A stretch of DNA of 64,000 nucleotides from an uncultured Conexibacteraceae bacterium (GCA_963832195.1 CAWHTH010000006.1:331974-395973), one strand, 5' to 3'; shown: positions 52,156 to 61,795, numbered from the stretch's first letter. Notes: generated by a model not told the origin, from the letters alone. A program made the numbers and translations.

Positions 52156-52647
52156 ATGAAGGTCACGACCAGGATCAGTCGCTTCCGGCCCAGCCGCACG
52201 ACGGCAGTCGCCGTCGCGGCACTCGTCGTCGCCACGGGCGGCATCGCGTTCGCGACGATCCCCGCGTCCGACGGCGTCATCCATGCCTGCTTCTTGAAGT
52301 CGGGCGGCACGCTGCGCGTCATCGACAGCGCGACCGGCAAGTGCAAGTCGACCGAGCAGTCGCTCAGCTGGAACCAGCGGGGCATTCCCGGAGCGCCGGG
52401 CGGCCTGTCGGGCTATCAGCGCGTGTCCGAACGCTTCGCCAACACGCAGCGAGGCGTCGCCCGCTGCCCCGAGGGCAAGATGGCGGTGGGCGGTGGGTAC
52501 AGCGTCACCCTTCCCACCTCGACGCCAGGGCTCCGTAAGAGCCTGTCAGGGCAGGACGGGAACGGCATCCAGCTCTGGCTCGTGGAGTTCGACGAGCCCG
52601 TCGAAGATTTTGCCGTCGAGGTGATCTGCGCGAACGGGAGCGAGTAG
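52156..52647 (+). CDS. Secreted protein sharing the N-module of 44133..44783
   Basis: In-frame ATG at 52156. MKVTTRISRF..VVATGGIAFATIPASDGVIHACFLKSGGTLRVIDSATGKCKSTEQSLSWNQRGIPGAPG, then an unrelated Cys-containing C-domain. Confidence 0.75.
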   Translation: MKVTTRISRFRPSRTTAVAVAALVVATGGIAFATIPASDGVIHACFLKSGGTLRVIDSATGKCKSTEQSLSWNQRGIPGAPGGLSGYQRVSERFANTQRGVARCPEGKMAVGGGYSVTLPTSTPGLRKSLSGQDGNGIQLWLVEFDEPVEDFAVEVICANGSE

Positions 52648-52684
52648 CAACTCGAGGAGAGCGCCTTCGGGCGCTCTCCCCGCA

Positions 52685-53794
52685 TCACCGCGGCAGGCGC
52701 GGCGCGATGATCCGGTACGCCTTGAGCCCGAGCCCGAGCCGCTCGCGGTCCTCGGACAGCATCGGGTCCAGGCCGCTGAGCTCCTTCACCCGCTCGAGCC
52801 GGTAGGCGACCGTGTGGCGGTGGGCGTAGATCGCCGCCGCCGTCGCGTTCATGTTGCAGTCGTTCTCCAGGTACGAGGAGAGCGTGTCCACCAAAGACGT
52901 CCGGTACTGGTCGTCGTAGCGGACGATCGCCGCAACGGTGTCCTCGAAGAACGAGCGGATCTCCTCGGGGTGCGACGCCAGCACGCGGAACAGGAGCCGA
53001 TAGGTCCCGGTCCCGATGTCCTGCGCGGAGATCGGCGCACCCGACACGGTGAGCACGTCCAAAACGAGCTCGGCCTCCTGCACCGCCCGCCCGAAGCCCG
53101 CCGGGTCGGCGTGGAACGTCGACAGCCCGACCGTCCCGTGACGCTGCAGCCGTGCGGCCAGCTGCCCCGCCCGCTGCAGCGTCTTCTCGGGCGCATCGTC
53201 ACCACCGGTCGCCGGCAGCAGCGCGTACACGCGCCCGTCGAGGTCCTGCGCCAGCGCGCCCGTCCATTCGCCGGCGATCGTCGCCACCACGTGGCGCGGG
53301 CGGTCGGTGGTCAGCGCCGCGCACATCACGACCGCGCCCCGCGACAAGTCACAGCCCAGCCGCGCCGCGCGGCGCATGAGCTCGCGCGGGTCGATGTCGG
53401 TCTTGGCCCGCAGCTCCTCGAGCAGCGAGCCGCGGAGGTTCTGCTCGACCTCCTCCTTGGCCTCCGTGATCGCCAACTCGGTCAGCGAGGCGACCGCCGC
53501 GAGGTGCAACACCTCCAGCGCGTCGGGCCCGCCCTTGCCGAGCAGGACGACCTCGCCGACCTCGTCGTCGCCGGAGAGGATCGGCTCGCGCGCGACCGCG
53601 CCGTCGGTGTCGGGCTCGAGCCCGAGCCGCGGCACGGAGATCGCGACGGGTGCGCCAGCCACCTCAGCTGCCAGCTCTGCGACCCGGCCCAGCCCGTCCC
53701 CGCCCAGCACGGCGTCCACCATTCGCATGTGGACGTCGCGCAGGCGGGCGACGAGCGGGGCGGCGTCGTCGCTGCGGTTCGCCGCCCCGCCCAT
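52685..53794 (-). CDS. PucR/CdaR-family transcriptional regulator
   Basis: 369 aa. C-terminal PucR HTH LSSYLENDCNMNATAAAIYAHRHTVAYRLERVKELSGLDP. Starts 9 nt after the glnK stop. Confidence 0.85.
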   Translation of the reverse strand: MGGAANRSDDAAPLVARLRDVHMRMVDAVLGGDGLGRVAELAAEVAGAPVAISVPRLGLEPDTDGAVAREPILSGDDEVGEVVLLGKGGPDALEVLHLAAVASLTELAITEAKEEVEQNLRGSLLEELRAKTDIDPRELMRRAARLGCDLSRGAVVMCAALTTDRPRHVVATIAGEWTGALAQDLDGRVYALLPATGGDDAPEKTLQRAGQLAARLQRHGTVGLSTFHADPAGFGRAVQEAELVLDVLTVSGAPISAQDIGTGTYRLLFRVLASHPEEIRSFFEDTVAAIVRYDDQYRTSLVDTLSSYLENDCNMNATAAAIYAHRHTVAYRLERVKELSGLDPMLSEDRERLGLGLKAYRIIAPRLPR

Positions 53795-53803
53795 TGCCAG
53801 TAG

Positions 53804-54178
53804 CTAGGACGTGGCCGCCGCCGCGGCGTCAGGGTGGGCTTGGAGGATCTCCTCCCCCGCCTCACCCGTTCGCACCCGGTAGGCCGCCTCGACCGGCAGC
53901 ACGAACACCTTGCCGTCGCCGACGGCTCCCGTGCGGGCGTGCTTGAGCACCGTGTCCACGATCGTCTGCACGTCCTCGCTGGCGACGACGCACTCGATCT
54001 TGACCTTGGGGCGAAGGTAGTTGGTCACCTCCGCCCCGCGGTAGCGCTCGGTGATGCCCTTCTGCCGGCCCGAGCCCTTCACCTCGCTGATCGACAGCGA
54101 GGGAAAGCCCAGGTCGAGCAGGTCGGTCCGGATCGGCTCGAACGACTCGTGCCGGATATAGGCCACGACCATCTTCAT
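53804..54178 (-). CDS. glnK: P-II nitrogen regulatory protein (amt-linked, GlnK type)
   Basis: 124 aa. MKMVVAYIR, T-loop GRQKGITERYRGAE, DGKVFVLPVE. ATGA overlap with the amt stop. Confidence 0.92.
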   Translation of the reverse strand: MKMVVAYIRHESFEPIRTDLLDLGFPSLSISEVKGSGRQKGITERYRGAEVTNYLRPKVKIECVVASEDVQTIVDTVLKHARTGAVGDGKVFVLPVEAAYRVRTGEAGEEILQAHPDAAAAATS

Positions 54179-55719
54179 GTTGCGGGCACCTCCGTGCTGG
54201 TCGGGATGGGCTGCGCCGCCGATGCCCTGACCGGGGCGGAGGCGGGAGTCGCACCGTAGCCCACCAGCTCGGGCGCCGGGATGAACTGCTCCGGATAGCC
54301 GTACATGCCGTGCTCGGAGATGTCGAGACCGGCGTCCTCTTCGTCCTCGCTCACGCGGAGGCCGTACGTCTTCTTGATCGCCCAGAACGTGCCATAGGAC
54401 ATCGCGAACACGAACGCGAACGCGATCGAGAAGCCGACGATCTGCGCAGCCAGCTGCTTGAAGTCAGCCAGGTCCACGCCGTTACCGAGCTTGTACACGA
54501 GCCCACCCTCGGGATCACCGAAGGCGTTATACGTGGCCAGTCGCGGCGACGTGAAGATGCCGCATGCGACCGTTCCCCAGATGCCCGCGATGCCGTGTGC
54601 GCTCAGCGCGCCGACGGGGTCGTCGAGGTACTTGTCGATCGCGATGATCGACAGCACCACGATCACGCCGGCGATGAAGCCGATGATCGGCGCCGTCCAC
54701 AGCTCCACGTACCCGGAGGGAGCGGTGATCGCGACCAGCGCGGCGATCGCGCCGTTGCCGGTCATGCCGATGTCGAACGCCTTCTGGCGCACCTTGCTGG
54801 TGAGCGCCGCGCCCAGGACGCCGGCGGCCGCAGCCAGCTGCGTGACTATCAGGACCTCGGCGAAGCGACCGTCACCGGTGCCCAGCGCGGAGCCGGGGTT
54901 GAACCCGAACCAGCCGAGCCACAGGATCAGGACGCCCAGGCCGAACAGCGGCATGCTGTGGCCGGGGATGGCCCGCGGCTTGCCATCCCTGTCGTACTTG
55001 CCCTTGCGGGCACCGAGCAGGAGCAGCGCCGCGAAGGCACCGGTCGCGCCGATCAGGTGGACCGCCGTCGAGCCGGCGAAGTCCTGCATGCCCCACGACG
55101 GATCGCCGAACAGCTCGCCCATCTGGAGGAACCCGCCGCCGAACACCCAGTGCGAGGCGATCGGGTAGATGATCGTCGAGAAGACGATCGCGTAGATGAT
55201 GTAGACGCCGAACTTGATGCGCTCGAGCGTCGTGCCCCACACGATCGCCAGCGAGACGGCGCAGAAGACGAACTGGAAGAACCACTTCGACTCGATCGTG
55301 GCGTTGGACAGCCCCATCACGGGGAAGTTGGCCGCCGAGTCGCCGATGCCGTTCAGGAAGAACCCCTTGGTTCCCCAGAGGTTGAGGCCGGCGACCTCGT
55401 TGCCGAGGCCGAACGCCAGACCGAAGCCCACGGCCCAATAGCCGAGCGCCGCGATCGAGAAGTTCGTGAGGATTTTCGCCACCACGGTGCCGGCGTTCTT
55501 CGCGCGCGAGAAGCCAATTTCCAGGAAGGCGAAGCCGGCCTGCATGAACATGACCAGGCAGCCCGCTATGACCAGCCACAGCGTGTTCAGCTGAGCGGAC
55601 TGCGGGAACGGGGAGGCCGAGCCGTCGGGGTTGATGAGGTCCGCGGACGCGAGGCCGGGCACGGCCAGGCTGACCAGGACCGCCACCACGAAGGCACGGC
55701 GGAGCAGGGTTCGTGTCAT
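54175..55719 (-). CDS. amt: Ammonium transporter (Amt family)
   Basis: 514 aa. FMQAGFAFLEIGF, AGSTAVHLIGA, WFGFNPGSAL, AHGIAGIWG. Signal peptide and a C-terminal extension. Confidence 0.93.
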   Translation of the reverse strand: MTRTLLRRAFVVAVLVSLAVPGLASADLINPDGSASPFPQSAQLNTLWLVIAGCLVMFMQAGFAFLEIGFSRAKNAGTVVAKILTNFSIAALGYWAVGFGLAFGLGNEVAGLNLWGTKGFFLNGIGDSAANFPVMGLSNATIESKWFFQFVFCAVSLAIVWGTTLERIKFGVYIIYAIVFSTIIYPIASHWVFGGGFLQMGELFGDPSWGMQDFAGSTAVHLIGATGAFAALLLLGARKGKYDRDGKPRAIPGHSMPLFGLGVLILWLGWFGFNPGSALGTGDGRFAEVLIVTQLAAAAGVLGAALTSKVRQKAFDIGMTGNGAIAALVAITAPSGYVELWTAPIIGFIAGVIVVLSIIAIDKYLDDPVGALSAHGIAGIWGTVACGIFTSPRLATYNAFGDPEGGLVYKLGNGVDLADFKQLAAQIVGFSIAFAFVFAMSYGTFWAIKKTYGLRVSEDEEDAGLDISEHGMYGYPEQFIPAPELVGYGATPASAPVRASAAQPIPTSTEVPAT

Positions 55720-55947
55720 GCGCGGAAGCTTGGAGACGGCCAGTTACGACCGGCATTCGACCGCTGTCGAAAGATCCGGGCCCGCGTTTAGCCATCCGGT
55801 CGGGTGCCCTGACATCAGGGAGCAACGAGGGCGTCCTGGCTTTGGACATCGGGATAAAGTGAGCGTGCCGCCCGCGTCCTACTCTGGGACGCGCCCGCTT
55901 CCGCAGCGGGTTCTCTCGCTTTGTTCACAGGAGGACACAGCCCGCAA

Positions 55948-58107
55948 ATGGCTCGTACCCGTCAGCACAATGTCTCGGCCACCCAGTGGTCGGTGAACGG
56001 AGGCGCCATCGGCGCCATCGACCTCACCGAGCCCGGCGCCAACGTCTTCGGCTCCAACGTCTTCACGCTCGAAGAACAGCGTCAGCGGCTCCCCAAGCAC
56101 GTCTTCAAGCAGCTCCAGTCGACGCTCGAGGCGGGTGCGCTGCTCGAGGCCAGCCTCGCCGACGCCGTCGCCCAGGCGATGAAGGAGTGGGCGCTCGAGC
56201 GCGGAGCCACGCACTACACACACTGGTTCCAGCCGCTCACCGGCCTGACCGCCGAGAAGCACGACTCGTTCTACGCGCCCGCGGGCGACGGCAAGGCGAT
56301 CGCCGACTTCTCCGGCAAGGAGCTGATCCAGGGCGAGCCCGACGCGTCCTCGTTCCCGACCGGCGGCGTGCGCGCGACGTTCGAGGCACGCGGCTATACG
56401 GCCTGGGACCCGACCTCGCCGGCGTTCATCTGGGAGAACCCCAACGGCGCCGTCCTGACCATCCCGACCGCCTTCGTGTCGTGGACCGGGGAGGCACTCG
56501 ATGCCAAGGTCCCGCTACTGCGCTCGATGGACGCGCTGAGCCAGTCGGCGATCCGCGCGCTGCGGCTGTTCGGCGACGACGAGGCGCGCCGCGTCTTCAC
56601 CACGGTCGGCCCCGAGCAGGAGTACTTCCTGATCGACGAGCAGTACTACTTCGAGCGCCCCGACCTCTACACGACCGGGCGCACGCTGTTCGGCGCCAAG
56701 CCGCCGAAGGGTCACGAGCTCGACGACCACTACTTCGGGTCGATCCCCGAGCGGATCCTCGCCTGCATGCTCGAGACCGAGCGCGAGCTGCAGAAGCTCG
56801 GCGTGCCGGTCAAGACGCGCCACAACGAGGTCGCACCGAACCAGTACGAGATCGCCCCGATCTTCGAGAACTCGAACGTCGGGACCGATCACCAGCAGCT
56901 GACGATGCAGATGATGCAGAACGTCGCCCGCCGTTACGGGCTCGTCTGCCTGCTGCACGAGAAGCCCTACGCGGGCGTCAACGGCTCCGGCAAGCACAAC
57001 AACTGGTCGATGGGGACCGACTCCGGCTCCAACCTGCTCGAGCCCGGTGACACGCCGGCCGACAACGCGCAGTTCCTGTTCTTCTGCGCGGCCGTCATCC
57101 AGGCCGTCAACAAGCACCAGGCGCTGCTGCGCGCCTCAGTGGCCAACGCCGGCCAGGACCACCGCCTCGGCGCGAACGAGGCCCCGCCGGCGATCATCTC
57201 TATCTTCCTCGGCGCGGAGCTCAATGCCGCGTTCGAGAAGACCGCGACCGGCAAGGGCGGCACGAAGAAGGCCGGGACGATGAACCTGGGGACGCCGGTG
57301 CTGCCGCAGCTGCCGATGCACGGAGGCGACCGCAACCGCACCTCGCCGTTCGCGTTCACCGGCAACAAGTTCGAGTTCCGCACGCTGGGCTCCAGCGGGT
57401 CGCTGTCGCTGCCCAACACGGTGCTGAACACGATCGTGGCGGAGTCGATCGACGAGCTCGCCGGCGAGCTCGAGAAGAAGCTCAAGACGGCGCGCGGCGA
57501 CCTCAACAAGGCAGTCGCTGCCGTGGTCAAGCAGGTCTGGACCCAGAACAAGAAGATCGTCTTCGACGGCGACAACTACGACGAGGCGTGGCACGCCGAG
57601 GCGGAGAAGCGCGGCCTGGCGAACCTGAGCACGACCGTGGACGCGCTGCCGTGGCTGACGAACAAGCAGACGGTCGCGACGTTCAAGAAGTACGGGGTCC
57701 TCTCCAAGCGCGAGCTCGAGTCACGGCTCGAGGTGATGACGGAGCAGTACTCGACCAAGATCAACATCGAGGCCGAGACCGCCGCGTCGATCGCCCGCAC
57801 CATGATCCTGCCCGCCGCCCTGCGCCAGCGCGAGCTGATCGATGACGCCGGCGAGAGCGCCGGAGTCGGGCAGCTCGCCGAGGAGCTGGATGGCCTGCTC
57901 GACGAGCTGGTCGAGCGGATCTTCGCGCTCGAGAAGGCGAACGCCGACCACCCCGACGTCGAGGGCATCAAGCACGCGACCTACACGCGCGACAAGGTGA
58001 TCCCGGCGATGGAGGCGGTGCGCGAGACGGCCGACCGGCTGGAGCGCATCGTGGCCGACGACCTGTGGCCGCTGCCCAAGTACTCGGAGATGCTGTTCAT
58101 CAAGTAG
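55948..58107 (+). CDS. glnN: Type III glutamine synthetase
   Basis: About 720 aa. [87 protein letters not shown]. The ATG at 55948 follows AGGAGGA. The listed alternative start is 55921. Confidence 0.92.
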   Translation: MARTRQHNVSATQWSVNGGAIGAIDLTEPGANVFGSNVFTLEEQRQRLPKHVFKQLQSTLEAGALLEASLADAVAQAMKEWALERGATHYTHWFQPLTGLTAEKHDSFYAPAGDGKAIADFSGKELIQGEPDASSFPTGGVRATFEARGYTAWDPTSPAFIWENPNGAVLTIPTAFVSWTGEALDAKVPLLRSMDALSQSAIRALRLFGDDEARRVFTTVGPEQEYFLIDEQYYFERPDLYTTGRTLFGAKPPKGHELDDHYFGSIPERILACMLETERELQKLGVPVKTRHNEVAPNQYEIAPIFENSNVGTDHQQLTMQMMQNVARRYGLVCLLHEKPYAGVNGSGKHNNWSMGTDSGSNLLEPGDTPADNAQFLFFCAAVIQAVNKHQALLRASVANAGQDHRLGANEAPPAIISIFLGAELNAAFEKTATGKGGTKKAGTMNLGTPVLPQLPMHGGDRNRTSPFAFTGNKFEFRTLGSSGSLSLPNTVLNTIVAESIDELAGELEKKLKTARGDLNKAVAAVVKQVWTQNKKIVFDGDNYDEAWHAEAEKRGLANLSTTVDALPWLTNKQTVATFKKYGVLSKRELESRLEVMTEQYSTKINIEAETAASIARTMILPAALRQRELIDDAGESAGVGQLAEELDGLLDELVERIFALEKANADHPDVEGIKHATYTRDKVIPAMEAVRETADRLERIVADDLWPLPKYSEMLFIK

Positions 58108-58135
58108 CACCTCCCGACGCCCGTGCCGGGGCGGA

Positions 58136-58942
58136 TCAGGCCTTTCGCGCAGCGAGCCAGTTGTGCATGCTCGGGCCCATCCCGACCATGCCGCCCGCGT
58201 ACCTGCCGAGCTGCCAGAGAAGGCTCGCGGGGCGTGCGGCGGCGGGAGAGACCGGCTGGACGAAGCGTTTGGCGTCCTTGAACCCGGCGCGCGCGAGGTC
58301 GCGCCGCAGAGCACGGATGCCGATGCCCCGCTCGACCCACCCCAGCTCCCGCGTGACCTTGCGCGCACCGGGGCTGATCACGTGCAGCAGCCCGGGTTCG
58401 CCCAGCACGAGCCAGCCTCCCGGCCGGACGTGCCTGGCGATGCCGTCGAGTACGTCCCGCTGCCGCAGCGAGTGGTGGAGCGCGTCGACGACCAACGCGT
58501 GGTCGAATAGGCGGTCCAGCGCGAGGTCGTCCATGTCGGCAAGCGCGAATTCGGCTTTGTTGCCCCACCGCGCCGCGCGTTTCGAGGACAGCTCGATGTT
58601 CGCGGGCACGATGTCCACGCCGAGGACCTCGTAGCCCGATTCGGCGAGCAGCAGGCTGGTCCACCCGGGCCCGACGCCGACGTCGAGGACGCTCGTCCCC
58701 GGGCGCACTCCGAGCGAGGCGAAGATGCTCGCGACGGTCGCCCACGCGAGCCATGGCTCGGCTCCGCTGTAGAAGGGCTTCCCCGCGTCGAGGCGGATGA
58801 ACTCGGGCGTCCTGCTATCGATCTCCGCCTGCTTGTTGGCTTCGAGCACGAGGCGGGAGGTTATCCGCGACCGGGGTGCGACCGTCACCTTTGCCGCGAT
58901 GGACTCGGGCGGCAAGACGGCGAGCCGGAGCCGGTCGCTCAC
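58136..58942 (-). CDS. Class I SAM-dependent methyltransferase
   Basis: VLDVGVGPGWTSLLLAESGYEVLGVD, VRPGGWLVLGEP. The GTG at 58942 overlaps the upstream stop (GTGA), which I prefer over the listed start at 59008. Confidence 0.75.
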   Translation of the reverse strand: MSDRLRLAVLPPESIAAKVTVAPRSRITSRLVLEANKQAEIDSRTPEFIRLDAGKPFYSGAEPWLAWATVASIFASLGVRPGTSVLDVGVGPGWTSLLLAESGYEVLGVDIVPANIELSSKRAARWGNKAEFALADMDDLALDRLFDHALVVDALHHSLRQRDVLDGIARHVRPGGWLVLGEPGLLHVISPGARKVTRELGWVERGIGIRALRRDLARAGFKDAKRFVQPVSPAAARPASLLWQLGRYAGGMVGMGPSMHNWLAARKA

Positions 58943-59542
58943 GCTCCGGAGATAGCGAGGCGCTCCGCGAGCCAGCCGTCGATCTGGTCCGGCGACGCGC
59001 TCGACCACTGCCGCACGACCACGCCGTCCTGGAACTCGTACAGGTTCACGTTTTCAGCCCCCGCCTGGGCCCCTGTCGACGGACTCTTCATGGTCATCGA
59101 AACACGGGCCGCGCAGAACGGGCCACCCAGGTCGATGAGCTCGTGCGGGACGTAGTGCGAGATCATGAACTCGAAGACGTCCCCAAGTTCTGCGCGCACA
59201 TGCGGCCAACCCTCGATGACGGCGGAAACGTCGAGGGGGATGCCCTCTCCGAACATCAGGACGATGTCAGCGGCCGTAGACGCGCTCGAGGTAGTCCCAG
59301 TCACGCTTGTCGAGGGCGGCAAAGCCGGCGGCCAGGGCGCGGCTGATCAGCCAGCGCCGGCGCGGCGAGCCGGCGGGCTCCGCCATCAGGCGGTTCGACA
59401 GCCGCTGGAAGAGCGCCGGGATGCGCGCGACGAACCGGTCGCTCATCCGCAGCCGCAGGCCCTCGCCATCGATCGGATAGACGACACCGTCGGCCAGAGA
59501 CGCCGCAACCCCCCGTGTCTCGACGCTCATGGCGGCAAGCAT
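58939..59542 (-). pseudogene. NTF2-like protein split by an apparent +1 frameshift (or sequencing indel)
   Basis: ORF 59267..59542 ends ..AAGFAALDKRDWDYLERVYGR*. ORF 58939..59322 continues in the next frame with ..AADIVLMFGEGIPLDVSAVIEGWPHVRAEL.. Together they form one SnoaL-like domain. Dropping one base at 59273-59275 joins them. Confidence 0.7.
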
Positions 59543-59631
59543 ATGAGTGAGCGACTGCAGAGCGAAGGCCCCGCGGCGCGGGGCCTTCGCGTGTTTTCCA
59601 GGGCGCGAACGCGCCCTGCCGATCGTGCGGC

Positions 59632-59994
59632 TTAGCGCCGCTTACGGTTTATGCGAGCCCGGCGCGACGCTCGCAGCGCGTGGCCGTTGCGCAGTGCCGC
59701 GCCGCCCGGCCGAACTGCGGCCACCCCGCCGACTGTCAGGTGCGCGACGTCCACGCACGTCCCGAGGCGAAGGCGCAGGATGTTCAGGATGTTGATTGTG
59801 TTCGTCGTCTGGCAGCCGCTCGGGACCGCCGCCAGGCAGTAGTTGACGTCCACAGCACCCAGGGCGATCGTGCCCGACCCGAGAATCGAGTGGCATGTCG
59901 CGCCGACGTCGATTGCCTGCGCGCTGCTGGTCGCCGGCGCGGCCATCAAGGCTGCCGTGACCGCCACTGCGGCGACCATCACCTTGAGTCTCAT
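59632..59994 (-). CDS. Small secreted Cys-containing protein (distantly chaplin-like?) with a basic tail
   Basis: 120 aa. Signal peptide MRLKVMVAAVAVTAALMAAPATSSAQA. Mature part contains AVDVNYC....GCQTTNTINILNILRLRLGTC. Locally lower GC. Confidence 0.55.
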   Translation of the reverse strand: MRLKVMVAAVAVTAALMAAPATSSAQAIDVGATCHSILGSGTIALGAVDVNYCLAAVPSGCQTTNTINILNILRLRLGTCVDVAHLTVGGVAAVRPGGAALRNGHALRASRRARINRKRR

Positions 59995-60080
59995 CCGTTC
60001 CCCCTTTTGCCTGCGTGAAGCACCCTCCGAGTGCTCCCTTCCCTGTCAGGCAGAGACGGTACGCCGCCGCGCCTCCGTCG

Positions 60081-61733
60081 TCAACGGCGCGGGCTGTTTC
60101 CGCGGCGCGCGCCGTAGCGCGCGGCGACCGCGCAGGCGAAGTCCAACAGCTGCGCGCCGGCATGCTCGAAGCGGCCGGAGGCAACCGCCGCGGCCGGGTC
60201 GAGCAGGCGCCGCGGGCCGACGCCGAGCCACCCGTGCTCGACTTCCGGATGCCGCTCGCTGAGCCATGGCGTGCCGCCGCCGTAGCGCGCGTATTGCCTC
60301 ATCAACGCGCGCAGCGACGCGCGGTGCTCGTGGACGACGGCCGCGCGCGGGCGGTGCTCGAGCGTCCAGCCGGCCTCCTGCAGCCGCCAGCAGAGGTCGG
60401 CGTCGCCGCCCGACCGGATGCCCTCCGCGAACCCGCCCGCCTGCTCGAGCGCCTCGCGGCGTACGAGCAGGTTCGCGGTCACACCGAACGGCATGTACGG
60501 GTGCTCGAGCAGGCGTGACTGGCTCATGATCGACACCGCCTCGGAGTAGCGGCCGACGCGGTTCGTGGCGTCGAGCGGGTCGAGCAGGTCGCCGACGACG
60601 ACACCGCAGCGCGCGTCCGGCGGCGGGGCGAAGTAGGCATCGAGGATCCACGGCGCCGGGATGCAGTCGGCGTCGGTGAAGAGGATCCAGGGCGCCGTCG
60701 TGGCCGCGACGCCGCGGTTGCGCGCGTAGTACGACGACGACTGCTCGGCGGCACGGACAACGGTGATCCCCGAGCGCTCGGGTACGACGGCCGCGCGGCT
60801 GTTGTCCACGACCACGAGCTCGTCGCCCGAGCCGCGCTCCACGCGATCGAGCACGTCCAGTAGTCCCTCCGCCCCGTGCGGTGAGCCGGCGAACGGGACG
60901 ACGACGGCGACCGCGGGGCGCTGCTCCGCGCGCGGCGGCCGTGGCCCCGGACCTCCGCGCCCGGATGGGCCTGTCAGCAGCGGCGGCCGCCCGCGGCCGC
61001 GCGCGAATGCCGCACGCACCCGCGCGCGCTCGCCGCGGAGAAGCGGCGCGGCCCAGCGCGAGCCGCTGCCGGAGACGCGCTCCTCACCAGCAAGTGCGGT
61101 GAGTGCCTGCGCCGCGCGACCGGCGTCGCGCGCCTTGCGCCGCGGATCCTCGCCCGCCCAACCTTCGGCGACGATGTCGGGGCGCGGGACGACGGCGGGT
61201 TCGAGCCGCGCCAGGAGGTCGATCACCGCGACGTCGAGGTCGCGCAGGCGCTCGTCGAGACCACCGGCCACGAGCAACTGCTCGCGGCTCACGGCCGCGA
61301 ACCGTCCACCCTCGAGCGCCGCGCCGGCGGGCCGTGACCCGACCCACGCGTCGGAGACGGCGTCCACGTGCCCCGGCCGCCGCAACCGTCCGCTAGCCGC
61401 CGTCCCCGCGCTCGCCACCCGCGCGAGCTCCGCGACGGCGCCGGCCCCAGGGATGTCGCCGGCGCCCAGCAGTACGACGACGTCCGCCTCGACCAGCCCG
61501 AGTGCCGCGTTCGCCGCAGCCGCGCCACAGTTGGTCGCGACGTCGAGCGTGGAGGCCCGGCCGGCAACGGGCGTGTCCGGTGCAACGGCCGGCCAGCACC
61601 GGGAGACGATGACTTCCGAGGCCTCATCGCCGGCTGCGGCGACGGTCGCGGCGGCATCCTGGGCGGGGTCGTCCTGGACGACTACCAGCGCGATGGCCAC
61701 CGCCGCGTAGCCTAGCCAGGCGCCAACCCTCAA
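60081..61733 (-). CDS. Membrane-anchored double glycosyltransferase-family-2-like protein
   Basis: 550 aa, TTG start. The C-terminal GT2 domain has VAVVVPFAGS, ARNRG, FTDADCIP, GGFAEGIRSGGDADLCWR. The N-terminal half looks like a degenerate GT-A fold. Confidence 0.75.
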   Translation of the reverse strand: MRVGAWLGYAAVAIALVVVQDDPAQDAAATVAAAGDEASEVIVSRCWPAVAPDTPVAGRASTLDVATNCGAAAANAALGLVEADVVVLLGAGDIPGAGAVAELARVASAGTAASGRLRRPGHVDAVSDAWVGSRPAGAALEGGRFAAVSREQLLVAGGLDERLRDLDVAVIDLLARLEPAVVPRPDIVAEGWAGEDPRRKARDAGRAAQALTALAGEERVSGSGSRWAAPLLRGERARVRAAFARGRGRPPLLTGPSGRGGPGPRPPRAEQRPAVAVVVPFAGSPHGAEGLLDVLDRVERGSGDELVVVDNSRAAVVPERSGITVVRAAEQSSSYYARNRGVAATTAPWILFTDADCIPAPWILDAYFAPPPDARCGVVVGDLLDPLDATNRVGRYSEAVSIMSQSRLLEHPYMPFGVTANLLVRREALEQAGGFAEGIRSGGDADLCWRLQEAGWTLEHRPRAAVVHEHRASLRALMRQYARYGGGTPWLSERHPEVEHGWLGVGPRRLLDPAAAVASGRFEHAGAQLLDFACAVAARYGARRGNSPRR

Positions 61734-61764
61734 CCACCCTCAAGGGGTCTGACCCTCGGGACAT

Positions 61765-61795
61765 TGACAAGGTTGTGTCAAGGTTGCGATAGGCT
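61765..61795 (+). promoter_or_regulatory. Candidate promoter TTGACA-N19-TAGGCT with a 10-nt-phased direct repeat CAAGGTTG x2
   Basis: TTGACA at 61765-61770. CAAGGTTG at 61769-61776 and 61779-61786. TAGGCT at 61790-61795, 6 nt before the metH ATG, suggesting a leaderless or very short leader. Confidence 0.3.

Noticed and set aside
43400-52700. Genomic island bounded by a mobile element
   Set aside because: The block looks accessory (gene remnants, paralogs, its own sigma factor), but I found no integrase, transposase, tRNA attachment site or flanking direct repeats. I therefore do not call it a mobile element.
55850-55947. Glutamine (glnA-type) riboswitch in the glnN leader
   Set aside because: Only a GUUCAC fragment is reminiscent. 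I cannot reconstruct the conserved three-stem junction or pseudoknot from the sequence.
58111-58135. Bidirectional terminator between glnN and the convergent methyltransferase (CGCCC-N6-GGGCG)
   Set aside because: The stem is only 5 bp and there is no U-tract on either strand, which is too weak to call.
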